Part shown: one piece after another, positions 39,301-49,285 of the stretch | How positions within the stretch are numbered: position 1 is the first letter of the stretch | Layout: each line of letters begins with the position of its first letter | From: Mustelus asterias | Taxonomy: Eukaryota | Length of the DNA: 64,000 bases | Assembly (NCBI RefSeq): GCF_964213995.1 | Contig: NC_135808.1 | Coordinates: 14,384,001 to 14,448,000 of the forward strand | Direction of reading: 5' to 3' | Program-made: the position numbers and the translations under genes | Notes under the pieces: model-generated | The model's input: the letters and a program-made list of their open reading frames with translations, nothing else | The model's database searches: none | What the model was told of the DNA's origin: nothing

Positions 39301-42300
39301 ACGCAGAACCGTTTGATCATCTACACGGTGCCTACGTTATATTGGTGCATTTTACAACTTATTTGTTTAATGTGGATTGTATCTTCAAAATTTCCTTCTT
39401 CAGCTTTTTGTACCCGACACTGGATTTCTCCCTGCTGCTCTTCACGCACAGCATGCATCACCAGCATTGATTTATACACATAATTAGTTGCATGTTTAAC
39501 TTCCAACAGTGTCGGCATAAAAATAACGGAGCCTTACGAGCGGATTTTTTCATACATTTTATACTCCCTAAATTGCAATGTTGACTTTTGCAATATTGTC
39601 AAACTGTCAAGATATCGAGTTGTGCATTCATTGAAGATCGTACCCGATTGTAATTCCAGTTGACAGCAATTGCATTGAAAACTGGGGGAAGAGTCCAGTG
39701 GTCCTGGAATTATATTTTGCCCATTCGGCATCGGATAATGTTAAAACTACTCCTTTTTGAAATACGGGTTTTCCATTTTCCGCATCTACTGACGAAACCG
39801 CAAAAGAGTTGCACTTTTCATTACATTTTTCAATGTTGATTTAGTACTTTACACTGATAAATGACCTGAGATCCAGCTGAATGAGGGCTGAACAAATTTC
39901 ACCTGCCCGAGCTGAGTACAAAACGGCGCTTGGTTGCTGTGTACCAAGAAAAATAAGGTGAAGATAACAGGCCTGATTCAACTTCTAATTTAACGAGCGG
40001 CAAAACAAAAATATTCGGACACTGTTTACTATTCGGATTTCCATTATGTTGCACCCAATTTTTTTTGAGGAGATAGAAATTTGTCTCCTGAGATGGCAGT
40101 ATTAGATCGGTTTCCCGTTCCCACTGACCCTTGAGAAAAGTGCAATATTTCAGTCCGGAGTTTTAGAGGTTTACGGGATATTTAAACGAAGTCAAGGGCG
40201 TAATCATCAAAATCGGTGGGACAAAAATAAAAAAACAAGGGACAGATGGGTTTTTAATTGGTAGGGTGATGAAGGTCTATGAGAAGCGGGCAGGACGTTG
40301 GGAATGAGGCCGAGATCATGGAATGCGATAGTGCACAAGGAGGCCATTCGGTCCTTTGAGTCTGCAGTGACCACAATCCCATCCAGCCCTATCCCCATGC
40401 ATTTATCCTAGCTAGTCCCCCTGACACTAAGTGGCAATTTAGCATGGCCAATCCATCGAACCCACACATCTTTGGACTGTGAGAGGAAACCGGAGCACCC
40501 GTAGGAAACCCACGCAGACACGGGGAGAATATGCAAACTCCACATAAACAATGATTCAAGTCTGGAATCGAATCCGGGTACCTGAGGCAGCAGTGCTAAC
40601 CACTGTGCCAACGTGCCGCCATGATCGTATTCAAAGGCGGAACATGGTCGAGGGGCTGAATTGCCGATTCCTGCTCCTAGTTCTTCCTTTTTTTTGCACC
40701 CGGCGGCAGAGAATTGGACTTAATGTGCATCAGCCAAGATGACCAAGTAGAGATAGGGGACCGTGTCAGACCAGTACAACTTTTTAAAAAGAAAGGTATG
40801 GGACCGGATAAGATCACAGGCACAAGGACCATAGACGCCGCTACCATTTGCAATCTCCCAGAATCTATTTTTTGTTTCATTTTGATCTTTCATCCACATA
40901 TTGTCCTTTCATGAAATTACCCGAAAACGCAGCGTTAATTTTCACAAATATGCTGACGATATGTAGCTCTAACTCACCACTGTCTCAATGGGCAATTGTA
41001 TTCTTGCTAAATTGTCAGACTGCATGCCCAGCATCAATTGGTGAAGGGCAGAATTTATTTTCCCGAATGGTCATTGGAAAGATCCATGCCATTAAATTCA
41101 GTCTCCCTTTCAAACGTAGCTCCCGATTAGCAACTCAAACCAAATATCTGACAGCCTGCCTATTCAAATACACGCTGTCATATTTCACAGCGGGTTGAGC
41201 GTTTGAGCATATATCTGATCCATCTCTGGGAGTACTTATTTATGGTTCTGCAACATCATCATACTCCGTGCGTGCCTCGGGTAATCTGATATTTAAACCA
41301 TCATTCCTGCCTTTGCTAAATGTAGATTTGGAGACTCTAATTCACCCTTGGATGATCTTTAACATTCTACCCTTCGTAAGCTTCAGGTTGTCAAAAAAAC
41401 CTGGTCTTTGTAGCCGCCAAATACTACATATTTTAAAAATTCATTGTGCGTAAGTAGGCGTCGCTGGCTGGGCCAATAGTCTTTGCCCATCTCTTTGTTC
41501 TATGTGGCTCAACGACGCGACTATTTTGATACAATCGTTGTTGATTCGAAGTCACTCGGCGACCTAGTCCTCCCTATATCTATTCTGCAACTCAACCGGT
41601 CGCATCATTCTCTGAGATATACATGTTCATATAACACGGCATCTTCCACATTCCAGATTTTAATTGCAGCACTGTGGTCAGACGCGCATTCAATTGCTCC
41701 ACAGTGAGGTCTGGAGTTCCTCGTTAATCCCACGTTCCTCCATTTTAGAATATTCCTTTAAAATATTCATAATAATCTATTCTCTCATGCAAAATGTTGA
41801 CGTTCTGCGCCAAATATCGTCTCAAGGGTCTTGGCGTCTTGTCCTCCTTTATAAATCCACTTTGAAGCGCTTTGGAACATACTATTGCGTATCAATTGTT
41901 GTATCGTCAAGCGGTTTGGCAGAAAATTTGAAAACTAAACTTAAGGCTTTCCCAAGGTCAGGGGAGGCGAGAATGAACAAATGTTTGGTCAAGAATAATG
42001 TGGCTGTGGGTATAAGCCACCGTCCAATTTACATCTGTATCCAGATTTAACGGTACGTTGAATATAAACACGCCGACATTAACAGCCACATATGTTACTG
42101 TCCATGACGCAGTTGCATATCGATGCACTTTTCAACAACGTGTTTAGTGAGGTACCGGACGCTGAGAGTTTTGCAATGGCTTATATGTAATCAAAAATAA
42201 GGATAATTCTATCATCCAAGTTGGCATTAGGACTGTGATCCACTGTTCATCCTCTCCATGCGGCTGCGCCAACTAATTTATTTTCCATCGCTGCATGAGA

Positions 42301-45300
42301 AAAACTTGATCCATTTTGTTTAATTTTCAATGTTTGATTCACATTTTTTCTGGAATACATTAGTGTGGTATTCAGGTACTTGGATAGTCCTTATTGAGAA
42401 CTTGATACATTTATATCTGTGGAACATTGTTTGTATTATATTTTGATTCTTCCAGACGATCAGTCGCAAGAAACTGCAGCAGGTAAATCATTCCATTATC
42501 CTCTGTTTTTATTTGTGTTTCCTAGTAATTACCATTCAGAAAGGGTGGGGGGGGGAGATATTTTCCAAATATGTATTTTATGGTCATATGGCAATATAAT
42601 TGCTCTGAAACATCAAGATAATTAATGTATGGACACAATTTTTCTCAACGTAGATTCACCAATTAGATTCATACAACCAGGGCCGTAGAGAGGACTTCAA
42701 TCGAACTGCGATGCATACATTTGCAAGGAGATTTAGAACGTTGACGAGGGAGGACAAGACAATATCGTAGGGAGTATTATGTGTAATGACAACCAGAGTG
42801 TAACCAGAAGGGACAGAGTATATAGAGATAGTAATGACAAGAAAATATGGCAAGTACAGAGAAAAATGGTTAAAAAGGCAGCTAAAGTCTCTAACTGAAT
42901 GCACACAACTATTGGAACACGACGATGAAGTAATATCACAAATACATGTAAATCAATCCGATTTGACATCCATAGCAGAAGCATTGCAAAGTAAGCACGA
43001 CTAGGACCTGGATACTGAGGAGACTTTGCATTTTGGGAGCATAGAATGAATGGAAAATAGATGCTAGCGCCTGTATGAGCGAGAGGCAACATGGTTTTGT
43101 GAAGGGCAGGTCGTGTCTCAGTAACTTCATCGTGTTTTTCGAGGAAGTGACGAAGATGATTGATGAGGGTAGGGCAGTGGATGTTGTCTACATGGACTTC
43201 AGTAAGGCCGTTGACAAGATCCCTCATGGCAGAAGATGAAGTCGCATGGGATCAGACGCGAGCTGGCAATGTGGGTACAGAACTGGCTTGGTCATAGAAG
43301 ACAGAGGACAGCAGTGGAAGGGTGCGTTTCTGAATGGAGGGTTGTGACAAGTGGCACTTCTCAGGGATCAGTGCTGGGAATTTTGTAATATATATAAATG
43401 ATTTGGAGGAAAATGTAACTGGTTTTATTAGTAAGTTTGCAGACAACACAAAGGTTGGTAGATTTGCGAATAGTGATGAGGACCATTAAAGGAAACAGCA
43501 AGATATAGATCGGTTGGAGACTTGGGCGGATAGATGGGATATAACCCAGACAAATGTGAAGCAATGCATTTTGGAAGGTCTAATACAGATAGGAAATATA
43601 CAGTAAATGGCAGAATCCTTAAGCTTATAGATAGGCAGAGGGATCTGGGTGTACAGGTACACAGGTGACTGAAAGTGGCAATGCAGGTGGAGAAGATATT
43701 CAAGAAGGCATACGGCATGCTTGCCTTCATCGGCTGGGGCATTGGCAAGACATGTTGCAGATTTATAGAACCTTAGTTAGAGCTCACTTGGAATATAGTG
43801 TTCAATTCTGGTCACCACACTATCAAAAGAATGTGGAGGCTTTGGAGAGGGTACAGAAAAGATTTACCAGTTTGTTGCCTGATATGGAGGGCATTAGCTA
43901 TGAGGAGAGGTTGCAGAAACTTGGTTTGTTCTCACTGGATCGACGAGATTGAGGGGCGACCTGATAGAAGTCTACAAGATTATGAGGGGCATGGACAGAG
44001 TGGATAGTCAGAAGCTGTTTCCCAGGATGGAAGAGTGCATCACTAGGGGCATAGATTTACAGTGCGAAGGGTAAGGTTTAAAGGAGATGTACGATGCAAG
44101 TTTTTTTACACCGAGCGTGGTGAGTGCCTGAAACTCGCTGCCGGGGGAAGTAGTGGAAACAGATACGATGCTGACTTTTAGGGGGCGCCTGACAAATACA
44201 TGCGAATGGAGGGATATGGTCCCCGGAAGGGTAGGGGTTTTTAGTTCAGTCGGGTAGCATGGTAGGTGTAGGCTTGGAGGGCCGAAGGGTCTGTTCCTGT
44301 GCTGTAATTTTCTTTGTTCTTTGTTTTTGTTTTTTGTTCTTTTAATAAATTATGAAATTGGTGCAACAATCAGAAATTACTTTCCTTCCAAAAATGAGGT
44401 GGTAAAATGAGATTGGGTTTAGATAATAAACAAAAAAAAGGAAGAGGTCACAGCTTGGAATATTCTAATGGCTTTCGCACAGTAGCTGCACTCTGGTACA
44501 GGCTATAAATCAATCACCAGCGAGCTGAGAAGAATCGTAGAGTAGAATCATAGAATTCCACGGCTGCAGAAGAAGGCCATTCGATCCATCAATTCTGCTC
44601 TGACTCTCCGACAGAGCATTTTACCCAAGCACACCCCCTGCCCTATTCCCGTAATCCCACACATTAATCCCATTACTGCCCCCAACCTGCACATCTTTGG
44701 AGGAACCCAGAGCACCGGGAGGAAACCCACGCAGACATGAGGACAATGCGCAAACTCCACACAGGCAGTCATCCAAGGCTAGAATCGAACCTGTGAGGCA
44801 GCAGTACTACTTACGCCGCCACCATGTCGCCCAAGCAGGCAGGTTCTGATGACTTCATCCTTCATCCTCCTGAGAAAGTTGATGCATTGGTGTTAATTTT
44901 CCCAAACTCCCTGGATTCGGGTAAAGTCTGACTAAGTTGGAAGATAGCAAATATGGTTCATTATTCAAAAAGGGAGATGGAAAGCGGGAAATCACAATCC
45001 ACATAACTTCACACATGTCATTGGGCTATATGTTAGAAGTGATTATTAAAGAAGTGACGGCAGGGTACTTGGTTCAGTTCAATCAGGCAGAGTCAACATT
45101 GGTTTGTGAAAGGCAAATACTGCTTAAACGAATTATTTGAGTTCTTTGAAGAAGTAATATGTGCCGTAGGTGAAGGCGAGCTGGTAGATATGCTATAGGT
45201 AGATTCCGAAAGCATTCTCAAACGAGCCACATCACGGCTTGTGGTGGGAAATAAAAGTTATCGTATGGAGGTAAAATATTGGCACAGATAGGATTTACTG

Positions 45301-47196
45301 GTTAACAGAAAGCAGAGAATTGGCTTTGATGAGTTTTTTTCAGGTTGGCAAGATGCAACGGGTCGTGTGTCACAAGGATCAGTGCTGGTACTTCAACTGT
45401 TTACAAATTATATGAATGGTTTGAATGGACTGAGGGTTTTTTAAAATTAAAATTGGTGATATCACAAATACGTAGTGAAGTAATTTGTGAGGAGGGCATA
45501 AGGGGACTAAGAAAAATCTGAGGTTAATATCAAATCATCCATGATCTTATTTCATGGGTCGAAGGACTGAATGACCTACTCCCGATTTTTTGCATGCAAA
45601 TAATGTGGGATTGTGAGAGGGGTACTTTTGTAACCAAGGGAATTTTTAATCTTCAGATAGATTGGTCACACAGCTTTGCAAAACGTTATCCATAGCATGT
45701 CTTCAGAGTTTATTCGGACAATCTTTTCCAGCAATACATCTGGAAACAGATCAGGGACAGGATATTTCAGGCCTGTTGATATAAGATGATAAGCAATTAA
45801 TTAGTTAATTAGCTATATATTTGTGCTGTATCCTCCGAATAAGTGCGCTCATAAAATTCTAGGAATTTCAAGTTCAGTTTAAGTATCAGACAAATTGGCC
45901 TGAAACTAGCATCTTAAAATTGAAGAGAGAAAATTTCAGATGTGTGAAGACACAGTTGACTAAAGTGTATATGAAAATAATTTGAACATTAAGATTGGCA
46001 AAAGAAGTGGTATATACATGGCGTTATTTCACAGCTCTCAATTACAGTGCAAACATTTGAAAAATAAAGGTAATCTATACCATATGTTGTGAGCGACTGA
46101 TGTTAAGGGTAGAATCAAATAAAAAAATTACAGGTGCAATGCTGCAAAGATTAGTGGTGGCCAACAAGACTGGGTGTGGGGGTGGGGGTGGAGGACACAT
46201 AACCCAGCAAAATATTACAATAACAAACATAGTTGAAGAAATTGGTCCATGAGAGAAAACAAACAAGCTATGTAAAACAGGCAGGAATGTTTTAAAAGGG
46301 ATATAGAAAGGAAATAAAAGACAAAACGCTCATTGATTCCTTACAGGATGAGACTGAGGATTAATAAACGTTGAAATTACAAAGACGTTGAATAAGCACT
46401 TTGCAAATCATAGAAATCATAGAAACCCTACAGTGCAGAAGGAGGCCATTCGGCCCATCGAGTCTGCACCGATCACAATCCCACCCAGGCCCTACCCCCA
46501 CATATTTACCCACTAATCCCGCTAACCTACGCATCTCAGGACTCTAAGGGGCAATTTTTTTAACCTGGCCAATCAACCTAACCCGCACATCTTTGGACAG
46601 AGAACAAAAGTCTCAAGTTGTAAAACTAAGGGGCTAAAGGGATAGATGAAGTCAAAACTATAAAGATCAGTAGCGAAAAAGAATGCTGGGAAAACTCAAA
46701 GCTGGAAAGTCCAATGCAGTCGACGTCCCGCCTCAAGCTTCCAAATATAATGGCTGCAGCGATTGTCGACGCATTGGTTGTAACCTTCGAAAATCCCCCA
46801 GATTCTCTGGTAAGTTCCTAAAAGGCGGGAAAACTGCAAATGCAACAGGCCTATACAAGAAAAGAAAATGCAGGAAAGAACGAGAAAACTATCGACTGGT
46901 TAGCCTGTCATCTCTGTCAGGAAAATATGTTCAGTATTTCTTGCGAGGGTGATGCCATCAGTTAACTGAACTGAATTCAATTTACGCGTCTAAACAGTGT
47001 GGCTACATAACCCGTCTGACTTTTGTTTGGAACTTCGCCTTTATCGGTCTTTCCTCTCGCAGTGCAACGAGAAAATCTTATTCTAATATCCTTTCCAGGA
47101 GAGAAGAAATCGGACGCAATTGACGCCCTTGCTAAGAGCGTAGGACAGATGAACTGTTTCTTTGACCACTGTATATTAAGTTTCAGTCGTGAATAA
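313..47196 (+). CDS. Candidate multi-microexon gene (5' end outside window) encoding a 23-aa-repeat, probably coiled-coil protein
   Basis: 17 intact AG..GT-bounded exons, all multiples of 3 nt, splice into one open phase-1 frame that ends in a candidate last exon with TAA overlapping AATAAA. Inferred; no transcript data. Confidence 0.7.
779..811 (+). CDS. Microexon B1 (33 nt): [11 protein letters not shown]
   Basis: tttttaccgttttag|GAACAG...TACAAAG|gtatgc. Confidence 0.8.
1420..1990. repeat. (CT)n/(CTAT/CTGT)n low-complexity tract with assembly gap (N 1492-1902)
   Basis: ctctctct/ctatctgtct flanks. Homologous gaps occur at 14459-14912, 25366-25493 and 27970-28452. Confidence 0.8.
2000..3610 (+). 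mobile_element. Degenerate Gypsy/Ty3 LTR-retrotransposon pol remnant (protease-RT-RNase H)
   Basis: Decayed motifs readable across stops and frameshifts: EVD(T)..[59 protein letters not shown] (YLDD), [15 protein letters not shown]. Confidence 0.85.
3752..7125 (-). mobile_element. CR1-clade (HER1-like) LINE: 3' part of SGNH-esterase ORF1 plus complete APE-RT ORF2 with one nonsense codon
   Basis: ORF1 6750-7125 has HIGEND and DGLHLN motifs. ORF2 4612-6750 and in-frame 3709-4551 have [10 protein letters not shown] and FADD. Tail is (tgttctt)n. ATTTC is duplicated at 3747-3751 and 7126-7130; the empty site is at ~18100. Confidence 0.97.
7777..7812 (+). CDS. Microexon A2 (36 nt): [12 protein letters not shown]
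   Basis: tatcatttcag|GAATCG...ATATGG|gtgaat. Confidence 0.75.
8227..8259 (+). CDS. Microexon B2 (33 nt, most diverged copy): [11 protein letters not shown]
   Basis: tcacctttttag|AAACAG...TACAGCG|gtaggc; length and splice sites are kept despite 9 substitutions from the B consensus. Confidence 0.75.
10170..10705 (+). mobile_element. Ancient non-LTR retrotransposon RT 3' fragment (RTE-X-like)
   Basis: Decayed [16 protein letters not shown] and [22 protein letters not shown] motifs. Clade assignment is from recollection. Confidence 0.65.
11156..11191 (+). CDS. Microexon A3 (36 nt): [12 protein letters not shown]
   Basis: tacatttcag|AATTAG...ATATGG|gtgagt. Confidence 0.8.
11559..12509 (-). mobile_element. 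5'-truncated CR1 LINE (second subfamily) in the A3-B3 intron
   Basis: RT C-terminus (FADDTK, RPHLEYC) and (cttatggt)n tail. CAGAG is duplicated at 11554-11558 and 12510-12514; the empty site is at ~705. Confidence 0.95.
12584..12616 (+). CDS. Microexon B3 (33 nt): [11 protein letters not shown]
   Basis: ccgttttag|GAACAG...TACAAAG|gtacac (weaker donor). Confidence 0.7.
13038..14132 (-). mobile_element. 5'-truncated, frameshifted CR1 LINE (third subfamily)
   Basis: ORF pieces 13692-14096 and 13114-13686 ([14 protein letters not shown]), (ctatgtt)n tail, followed by (AT)n. Confidence 0.93.
15224..16556 (+). mobile_element. 5'-truncated CR1 LINE, same subfamily as 13038-14132 in opposite orientation
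   Basis: ORFs 15496-16095 and 16111-16473 (RT, one stop); (ctatgtt)n tail. Confidence 0.93.
15261..15499. mobile_element. Miniature Penelope-derived palindromic insertion nested in CR1
   Basis: ~96-bp inverted arms (15262-15357 and 15364-15459) match the Penelope 3' end at 23530-23669. 12-bp TSD TTGCCCAAAGGA at 15249-15260 and 15500-15511. Confidence 0.92.
18769..18804 (+). CDS. Microexon A4 (36 nt): [12 protein letters not shown]
   Basis: tatcatttcag|GAATCG...GACACGG|gtgagt. The partner exon B4 is absent. Confidence 0.75.
19004..20068 (+). mobile_element. Degenerate Penelope-like element 3' fragment (GIY-YIG endonuclease region plus pLTR)
   Basis: [26 protein letters not shown] and GLNRDLG motifs; homologous to 21788-22666. 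Confidence 0.93.
19964..20002 (+). ncRNA. Minimal type I hammerhead ribozyme motif in Penelope pLTR
   Basis: CCAC-CTGATGA-a-GGAGC(agcac)GCTTC-GAAA-GC-TA-GTGG: stem I, conserved core, stem II and palindromic AGCT stem III. Confidence 0.75.
21542..21578 (-). ncRNA. Minimal hammerhead ribozyme motif (minus-strand arm)
   Basis: Exact reverse complement of 23535-23571. Confidence 0.7.
23535..23571 (+). ncRNA. Minimal hammerhead ribozyme motif (plus-strand arm)
   Basis: CAC-CTGAAGA-a-GGGGCT(tag)AGCCTC-GAAA-GC-TT-GTG. Confidence 0.7.
23886..23922 (+). pseudogene. Dead microexon A5 (37 nt, +1 insertion, TAA in phase 1 and phase 2)
   Basis: ttcag|AATTAGGATAATTTAAAAAAAACAGTAAAATATATGG|gtgagc. Confidence 0.8.
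24005..24702 (-). mobile_element. Solo LTR (698 bp)
   Basis: TG...CA ends and 4-bp TSD GTAC (24001-24004, 24703-24706); absent from other units. Minus-strand TATAAA at 24137-24142 and AATAAA at 24056-24061. Confidence 0.85.
25054..25086 (+). CDS. Microexon B5 (33 nt): [11 protein letters not shown]
   Basis: ccgttttag|GAACAG...TCCAAAG|gtacgc. Confidence 0.7.
25620..26675 (+). mobile_element. Third Gypsy pol remnant copy, 3'-truncated
   Basis: Colinear with 2000-3068; stops at cttaggcgatatct. Confidence 0.8.
27102..27137 (+). CDS. Microexon A6 (36 nt): [12 protein letters not shown]
   Basis: tatcatttcag|AATTCG...ATATGG|gtgagt. Confidence 0.8.
27572..27604 (+). CDS. Microexon B6 (33 nt): [11 protein letters not shown]
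   Basis: ggttttag|GAACAG...TACAAAG|gtacgc. Confidence 0.72.
28453..29508 (+). mobile_element. Fourth Gypsy pol remnant copy, truncated at the same point as the third
   Basis: LTIVTHK..YERLPF motif; ends at cttagacaatatct. Confidence 0.8.
29918..29953 (+). CDS. Microexon A7 (36 nt): [12 protein letters not shown]
   Basis: tgttatttcag|AATTAG...AAATGG|gtgagt. Confidence 0.8.
30383..30415 (+). CDS. Microexon B7 (33 nt): [11 protein letters not shown]
   Basis: ccgttttag|GAACAG...TACAAAG|gtacgc. Confidence 0.72.
30730..31535 (-). mobile_element. Rex1/Babar-like LINE 3' fragment
   Basis: [35 protein letters not shown] and LPSGKRY motifs. Confidence 0.8.
32360..33335 (-). mobile_element. Truncated, decayed CR1 LINE
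   Basis: FADDTK, QFWSPHY and RGDLIEVY pieces; (agaacaa)n tail at 32362-32380. Confidence 0.9.
33498..33521 (+). CDS. Unique microexon (24 nt): GVLNTDCA
   Basis: gtgttctttgcag|GAGTGT...GTGCTG|gtatga. Confidence 0.65.
34176..34202 (+). CDS. Unique microexon (27 nt): DCKKLVLMS
   Basis: ttatctcatttttag|ATTGCA...TGAGCA|gtaagt. Confidence 0.65.
35403..35429 (+). CDS. Unique microexon (27 nt): MRQLLRKDA
   Basis: tatttttcttgtag|TGAGAC...ACGCAG|gtgagc. Confidence 0.7.
35525..35821 (-). mobile_element. tRNA-derived V-SINE (HE1-like)
   Basis: Minus-strand A box TGGCGCAGTTG, B box GATTCGAATCC and V-domain (ctgcgtgggtttcctccgggtgctc). Confidence 0.9.
36960..38200 (-). mobile_element. Ancient non-LTR (RTE-X-like) fragment
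   Basis: Decayed [10 protein letters not shown] and [10 protein letters not shown] motifs; boundaries approximate. Confidence 0.5.
38872..38919 (+). CDS. Unique microexon (48 nt): [16 protein letters not shown]
   Basis: gattccag|AAATTA...TAACAG|gtaagt; open only in phase 1. Confidence 0.7.
40315..40622 (-). mobile_element. HE1-like V-SINE with CR1-derived tail
   Basis: V-domain, tRNA-like head and ggaggccattcgg tail. Confidence 0.88.
42456..42482 (+). CDS. Unique microexon (27 nt): DDQSQETAA
   Basis: ttttgattcttccag|ACGATC...CAGCAG|gtaaat. Confidence 0.65.
43065..44342 (+). mobile_element. Decayed CR1 LINE, same subfamily as 32360-33335
   Basis: [22 protein letters not shown] and FADN motifs; (ttgttct)n tail. 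Confidence 0.9.
44545..44832 (-). mobile_element. HE1-like V-SINE
   Basis: V-domain and (catagaat) tail. Confidence 0.85.
44850..45530 (+). mobile_element. Old CR1 RT fragment
   Basis: Decayed LFKKG, HG(F)VKG and QGSVL motifs. Confidence 0.6.
46260..46950 (+). mobile_element. Old CR1 fragment with a nested partial HE1 SINE (46407-46600, minus)
   Basis: [14 protein letters not shown] motif; SINE tail catagaaatcatagaa. Confidence 0.6.
47099..47196 (+). CDS. Candidate terminal exon: [32 protein letters not shown]
   Basis: ctaatatcctttccag acceptor, open in phase 1, TAA overlapping AATAAA (47192-47197), no strong donor. Confidence 0.4.
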
Positions 47197-48004
47197 ACTC
47201 AGGCGATGGGATCAATTTCCGACTTAGAAAGAAAAAAGTTAAAGATATAAATGTAATGCGAAACTGCACAGTGCTTTAAAGAATATAATTTTACGAATAT
47301 TCTTGTTCATATACGATTAAAATATACTTCCACTTTGTTCAGATGTTTAGAAATCTGTTGTTGGAAGTCGTCGAGCGGTGGGGGGCTGGGGGGTGGTGGG
47401 GGGGGGGCGGTAGTGGAGGAGGAGGGTGAGCTCGGAAGACGGTGCTGTGGAGGGTGTCTGAGGCCGGAGGTGTGTGTGTCAGGCGTCGGGAGATGGGGCG
47501 GTGGGGGGAGCCGGTGTCAGATTGGAGGTTTCGAGTTGGGGGCTCGTTGCCTAGGTGTGTCTAGCCGTGTCGTGGGGCCTGTTTAGGTTGGGACGGGAGT
47601 CGGGCCCGCGGCCCGTGGGTTGGGCTGAAGGGCCTGGATTGGGGTGTGGTGAGGGGGCGGGGGGATCCCTGCTACTTTTGTGGTCAGGTAGAGGAACACT
47701 ACGGGAGTTGTAGGGTGGAGAATAGCATGGAGGATGTTATGGCCTCGCGTCACTTCGTGCTTGGTCGGGGTGTGTAAAATAATTGCGCCGAAGTTAGAAA
47801 ATATTTCATTACTTCTAATTTTTTCTCATTAACCATTAGTAACTCGCTGGCGGAAATATCCGCAGTTAACGATTTAAATCTTTTTTTCTCATGATTGTTC
47901 CGATCGTGCAATTGTCGAGTGGAAGTTTCCACTTCTCTCAACCAATAGCGGGGGAAATCCATGAAGGAGAGAATGCCCTGTACAGATGCAGCAAGACATC
48001 TCTG

Positions 48005-48270
48005 CTTTTATATTCTATCCCCCTTGCGATATAGGCCAACATCCATTTGCCTTCTTGATCACCTGTTGCACCTGCAGACTGGAATTTTGCGTCTCATGCA
48101 CAAGAACCCCCATGTCCCTTTGCACAGTAGCATGTTGTAATTTTTTTCCATTTAGATAATAATCCAATTTGCTATTATTTTCTCCAAAGTGAATAACCTC
48201 GCATTTGTTAACGTTATACTCCATCTGCCAGATCCTCGCCCACTCACTCAGCCTGTCCAAATCTCTCTGC
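48005..48270 (-). mobile_element. CR1 RT fragment
   Basis: MQRDLDRLSEWARIWQMEYNVNKCEVIHFG. Confidence 0.85.
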
Positions 48271-49285
48271 ATAGGTATCTCTCAGAATCGGTATTTAAAA
48301 GTCGCAACCTGGCCTGGCAGCCTTGAACTGGCGTGAGGAGGTACGTGCTGCGAGAGGAGCGTGGGGGATGTTGCAAGCTGGCCCTAGAGATGCCTGGTGG
48401 CCTTCCTGCCGCTACCTTCCGGTTTTGGCACATGGACCAGTGATAGCTGTGGGGGGAGGGGTGGGGGTGGCGGGTCTTCTATTTCCTCACAGTTCCCTGG
48501 GTGAGCTTCCATCAGGGAGGCCCACTCTCGCCCCCGCCCCCCCTCCCCACTGCCCCCTTAGGGAACTCTGTTACGCAGTGTGGGAAGCAGCCTCGAGGGC
48601 TTCTGCGTCCCCTAATACTCCCCCCCTTCCTGGGCAGAGCTGAAGCTCACTATGAGAGACAACGTCGAGTGCTCCCATTACACTCTTGCCCCACCCTCCT
48701 CCAAGCAGCACTGAAGCACACTGTGGGTAGCAACCTCGAGGGCTCCCACTTCCCCTTCACCCTCCACAGCACTTTGAAGTGGCATTGTCTTGCTGCGGGG
48801 TGTGGTCAGGGACTCTACTAATTGCTGGTGTTCCGGGGTCGGGGACGAGTGTACCATGTGCTGACTGAGGCCTAACCAGATGAAGCAGCTGCTGCTCCAG
48901 GCAGGGGTGCAGAGGTTAAGACATGGACTGCATGGAATCTGCTTTCACTGGGCACACATCTGGTGCTGATTTGCAGTCTGTCCCCATCCTGTGACAAGGA
49001 CCAGCACATGCCTGTAACAGATGCTGCAGTTGCACACATAGCAATGGCTCAAGGGTGTGCAGTGCCCAGGTCTGCACACCGACCTGCATAATCTGTGCCA
49101 GCATTTGTCATGATGGGAATCTCACAAAACCCTAATTGCGCCAAGCATGGCACCATCAATTGTGTGGGGTTGCCAGCTCCCACTAGTGGGAGCTGGCCCA
49201 AGTGAGGGATTGAGGTGGTGCTGGGTCTATGCAGCCAATGACAGTAACCCGTCGTTCTATGCTCTTTCCAAGCCCCACTGTGCAG

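Noticed and set aside
46035-46069. 35-nt exon candidate
   Set aside because: Not frame-preserving, has a stop in phase 1, and resembles decayed CR1.
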